Positions 59,458 through 64,000 of a stretch of DNA of 64,000 nucleotides are shown here, in pieces. How positions within the stretch are numbered: the first letter of the stretch is position 1; each line of letters starts with the position of its first letter. Both the position numbers and the translations under genes were made by a program. Origin of the DNA: Bugula neritina (Eukaryota > Animalia > Bryozoa); NCBI GenBank assembly GCA_964035545.1, contig OZ037766.1, positions 11,150,722 through 11,214,721 on the forward strand, in the 5' to 3' direction. The notes beneath the pieces are model-generated. The model saw only the letters and a program-made list of their open reading frames with translations, was not told where the DNA came from and did not search any database.

Positions 59458-62400
59458 TTATCTATTGTGATATTCTTGAGTTTAGTTTAAAAAATATAGA
59501 GTACTAGAAGGAGCTATTTTCCATTCAAACTTTTTCCGTGAACTTGAAAGGAAACTTGAAAAATAATGATAAATTACTCCGCTGTTGGAGAATGGCGTTG
59601 AATAGTTGTACCTGAGGAGTGTAATTGGGAATTGCAGCATTGTTGTTATCATTAGATTCTTTACCCCAGGAGCATCTCACTATGTAGCCTCCCACTTCAG
59701 TACCATTCACCTCCACTATGGCTTTACAAGCCGATTCTTTACCATCAAACCTAATACGCAATACAATATAATAGTTATTAAAATCTTGATGTGGAAAAAT
59801 CAATTGTTAATAAATATAAAAGCCTGCCATTGACCGTTATTGAAAGACGAAAATAAAATGAAAAATGAAAGAGGGAAATACAATTCTAAGCTGAAATGGA
59901 CTATCAAAAGCTTCCCAGACAAATTTTCAACTTCTTGAATAATTAATTGTGCAGTTTCATCAACTCTAGACAGTTGATGCCTTAGTACCATACATGTATT
60001 TTGCTTTCAAGCTACAAATGTGCATGCAAGTTATAGTAACAATTTATTACATGAAATTTATTATAGGTAAAAACATAAATAAACCATGGAAACTCATATT
60101 GAAATCAATTAATGTGCATCCATAATTATAACGAAAATAAACTTAGTGGTGTGTAACATATTTAAATCTCAGTTGAGTTACACTTCTGTGCCAAACATCA
60201 CCTACAGCAGATGGTAAGCTAATGACTACTAAATGACTAATATACCTGACGAAAGCAAAACCTTTATCTGGGAATACACGAACTTCCTGAATACTGCCAT
60301 ACAGATGGAACGTTTCTCTCATTAGATCTTCTACAACCATCAACAGAGTAAATTTCAATTATTTAATAGTTTTAATAGTTAAATTACACGAACTATTTGT
60401 CCAAACTAGAAAATTTATAGTTTTAAATGTATTTTGTTAGTGAGACTGAGATTCCATTAAGATGTAGTATAGGTCTCAGTCAATGAGTCTGACTATGCTT
60501 GGTTTCATCGAAATATCATAAGTTTTTATGTACTGTGTCTACCATTGGTTCGGCCAAGTAAACCTGTACATATGTAACTTTACTACTTAAATTGTCATAT
60601 AAGTTATCCTTTCTTTTTCTTAAGTTGTTCTGAAAAGTAAAAACCTTACAGTAAATATATATAAATATATATAGGCATAACATTTAAAAATAGTGATAAG
60701 TAGTTACATGTACTAGTCATGAAAATACCACAGGCTGGCGCACTCTGTTTCTACTTTAATATTATACTGGATGCCACATGCTACTCAAGTGCAGCACCAG
60801 GTGTATTCAAGATGACTTACATATTACATTATGAAAACCTGGGTGTCTATGCAATATATGCTGTGCTTAGTCAACTTTTGATATTATTACACAAAACTAC
60901 TTACAATTTTTCAGAAAATTTTAAGAATTAATGTATTTTGCAAGATTGCACTGTTTATGAACAAACTTATATTTTAATATATGATAAACTGTCGGTCACA
61001 CGTTCAATCATATGATATTAATTTCATGCTTATGAATTGATTATTGTTGCAGTAGAAGTATATACAGGTAAATGACTTACACTGCACCGTAGACAGCCAG
61101 TTATATGCTATAAAGTTGCTATAGGTCTTACCTGTAAGGTTTTGCTGTATCCCACCTATATATGCTGTACAGTTCGTAGAACTAGATTGCTTGAAAACTT
61201 CATCATAGTCAAGTTTGTTGGCTGCAAAAAATTTATCATTGAGAAAAATTATGTAGGTTTACATGCAAACATAGTAAAGTACAGACTTGAAGTTTTTTTA
61301 TAATATTGTTAGTCCACACCGATATTTTAGCATGAAAATATATGTATAAAAAGTACAAAATCAATTTTGCAATAAACCTCAAACCAAGATTTATAAAGAA
61401 TAATATTGCGTCTTGACTCTGTCAATATAGATATTTATTATAGAACATTCACTTTCCACCTTACCAGTATTTAGTGAAATATTGCACTATTTCATTTATT
61501 TATTGATCATATTTCCTTCTGCTTATAACATGAAATGAAAACACTAATGGCAATAATATGTGAGCTCAGAAATAGTCATGCGGCAAATTCTAGTATATAT
61601 TACTCAGTATTCGTGTTCATGAAACATGATAGAGGAAGAAATATGCTAAGCTAAAGTCCCCAGCTTGCAAAGTGTTCCTTATTGACTACCTTCTTTTATG
61701 CCTTCAATTACATATATAGTTTATCAAGTACAAGATGTTCCTCAGAACACTATTTGTGCTTTCAATCTTTCAGCTGCATATTATAGCAGACAACTATTCT
61801 GGCTTAAAATAAAAAACAATATTCCATTTACAAAAGTATAGCAGAAGCTGAAAGTATAATCATATATAGCAATGCTCACCAGGCTTTTCTATTGGAGCTG
61901 GAGGTTTCCTTGAAGCCCAGTTAGTTCGAATAGCTCTGCTGCCAAGCCATGCACCATTCATATCATTTATAGCCTTAGATGCATCCTGGAAAAACAAAAT
62001 ATTTCTCTTATTTTTGTTCAGAAATTTGAGTCATTAGGCTATCTAAAATCATTCACTAATTGGAAAAAATTGTTTCCAAAGTGCTCAGGTTTTTAGGAAG
62101 TAGTTTAGCAGAAGTTACAAACTTGCATTTTTCAATGTATCAGGCTTTTCAATAATTGAAGTGAGTTTTGCGATTGTGAATAATTCTTCTTTAAGTTGAA
62201 CTATGTATATTATTGTTTATTAATCTAATAGCTTGTTTTATATATATAGAATTGTGCAGTTATGGATAAAATTCTGCAGTTAGCAGTTAGAGTGACTAAA
62301 AAAGAACAAAAGGCAAGTTTTGTGATGATTTTATTAGCAATTTAGGCATAACTAGCACTCTAAATATTTCTTATTATAAGCTCTACAGGTTAGCATCCGT

Positions 62401-63712
62401 TACTAAGTAATATTTAGGCAATGTATAGTAAGGTCAGCTTGATTGTGTGGAAATTGACTAATTGGCCTAAATGAAAAAAATACCTGTGGATGTTCTGCAT
62501 ATATTCATTATGGAGGATAATTCAAAACAAATACTGTCTACATTTCAACACAAGTGGCTAAAGAAATAGTTAAAAGAAATCCCCCACGGCTCAACTCACA
62601 GTAGGAATATTGTGTGTAGCTAGCTATACATTAGGTAGAGAAAGCTACTCTATACTTACTACTATAGGCTACATATATACCAAACGTAGTTGTACTCTTC
62701 AATGCTGCTGCAGGTGCAGAAACTGAGCACTAAATAAAAAACTGATTGTTTCAATGTGCCATTTGGCTAAGCTCTGAACTTCTGCATTTAAAGTTGTAAT
62801 ATACACAATAAAGGAGAGAAATGGCATTTGATTATTAAAGCTGCTACTTGATGGTATTTCATAGACCTATGAAAATGAATGCCCTCTACTCATACATTTT
62901 TTCTCTTCATTTCAGAACTGACTTTTAAATTTAAACATTTAACCCTACGTCCGGGTAGATAGCTCAATAAAACAAATTTATTAGGAAAACACTAAAAATA
63001 AATGTTTAAATAAAGCCAAATGCTTAATGAACACTCTAGCCAATCTACAATAAATAACTTGGTCGGTAGGTACAAAATGTGCTAGAAACTTGAACAAATG
63101 AAATTGAGCTGATTGGTCAAATTCAACACCACTTTTGATCATGAAGATTACTTTTTCAAAAAGATAAGTTGGGAGAAAGTAGACATGAAAAGATGCATGT
63201 TATTATGATGTCATCTAGATTTCCTAATCAATGAATGCATGTCAAAATCTCTCCAATTAAATGGGAATAAAAATTTATCGTATTTTGTTGCTAATTCTTT
63301 AGAAAGAAAAACTAGTTGACATGTGTGTTAGAACAATAACTCCACAATCAGCTGTTAGCATAGAGGCAAATACAATCTCAGAGATTTTGGTAATTGGTTT
63401 CATTGATTGTTTTCTCATGTAATACCTCACTTTTTAGTAATCCAGTAACTAAGATGTCTTGCTGCACCTTTTGTGTGACACTTACAATATTCCAATAGTT
63501 ACCGAATAGGTGTAAGTAATGGTCATTATAAACTTTAGATGTAAATTATATTTGCTTTTAGCACAATTTCAAAGAGTCATTGTAAGAGTTTTCATTGTAC
63601 AAGTTACCAACTTTGACAGCTGCCAATTTATCCTACCTCTTTATGTACAAATGTAACAAATCCATATCCTTTGCTTTTGCCTGTTTGTGTGTCTTTAATG
63701 ATCTTAACATCT
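58570..63712 (-). CDS. TIAL1: TIA-1/TIAR family RRM protein, 3' part (exons 63712-63637, 61985-61880, 61221-61132, 60330-60246, 59750-59612, 58746-58570); 5' exons lie beyond the window
   Basis: RRM2 [37 protein letters not shown]; [21 protein letters not shown]; RRM3 [17 protein letters not shown]...VRCSWGKE; then a low-complexity tail. TIA1 versus TIAL1 cannot be resolved. Confidence 0.92.
58852..59452. mobile_element. Penelope-like (pLTR-derived) fold-back element embedded in a (TA)n microsatellite
   Basis: (TA)n at ~58852-58916 and ~59371-59452; a perfect 134-bp inverted repeat (58914-59047 / 59208-59341); each arm carries a minimal hammerhead-like motif followed by AATAAA. Confidence 0.7.
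59240..59288 (+). ncRNA. Minimal type I hammerhead-ribozyme-like motif (mirror copy on the - strand at ~59015-58967)
   Basis: attgctact-CTGAAGA-t-GGGTAC agtg GTACCC-GAAA-ta-TC-agtgtaat: CUGANGA and GAAA boxes, a 6-bp stem II, an AUC cleavage triplet and an imperfect stem I. Confidence 0.6.
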
Positions 63713-64000
63713 CTATAAAAGATAACATGAATAATAAATGAGCTGTCTCTTGTTTATGTTGTAACACTTGATAGTGTGTGAGAGAAGCTGCTCTGAGCAT
63801 CTCCCTCCTATCAAAAAGTCAATATACAAATTCTATTTTGCAAAACTACTTGCATTATTGATTTCACGTACAAAAAAGATCATATTTTATCCTATGATAT
63901 CTGATCAATGCAAGTAGATGGCTACTTGGGATAATACTGTAATGAAAATTTGTCACATTAGACTGCAATCAATTCCATACATTTTGCACACATCTGAGTG

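Overview
This is AT-rich (roughly 30% GC by eye), intron-rich animal genomic DNA, probably from an invertebrate; the species cannot be determined from the window. Most short ORFs in the supplied track are spurious or are single exons. I assembled seven spliced host genes by hand, and they lie in strictly alternating orientation: ATP5IF1 (-), an NAD(P)H-dependent FMN/quinone reductase (+), EXOSC2/RRP4 (-), TRA2 (+), a sphingosine-1-phosphate lyase (-), KIF2/kinesin-13 (+) and the 3' part of TIA1/TIAR (-). The dominant feature is an intact, very young 7.86-kb Ty3/Gypsy LTR retrotransposon (6463-14325, - strand). It has 410-bp LTRs differing at one base, an ATAT TSD, a tRNA-Leu PBS and a U_UUA_AAC -1 frameshift with a downstream hairpin. 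Its Pol frame continues about 500 aa past the usual integrase end into a C2H2 zinc-finger plus coiled-coil module preceded by an apparent splice acceptor and ATG, and its U3 holds a ~120-nt fold-back. Other notable items are a GAA-rich candidate autoregulatory exon in the TRA2 3'UTR, a hammerhead-bearing Penelope-like inverted repeat inside a (TA)n tract in a TIA1 intron, a TIR transposon nested in an RTE LINE, decayed exon-like segments in a 6.3-kb EXOSC2 intron, and a recurrent periodic sequence signature next to the inferred promoters.
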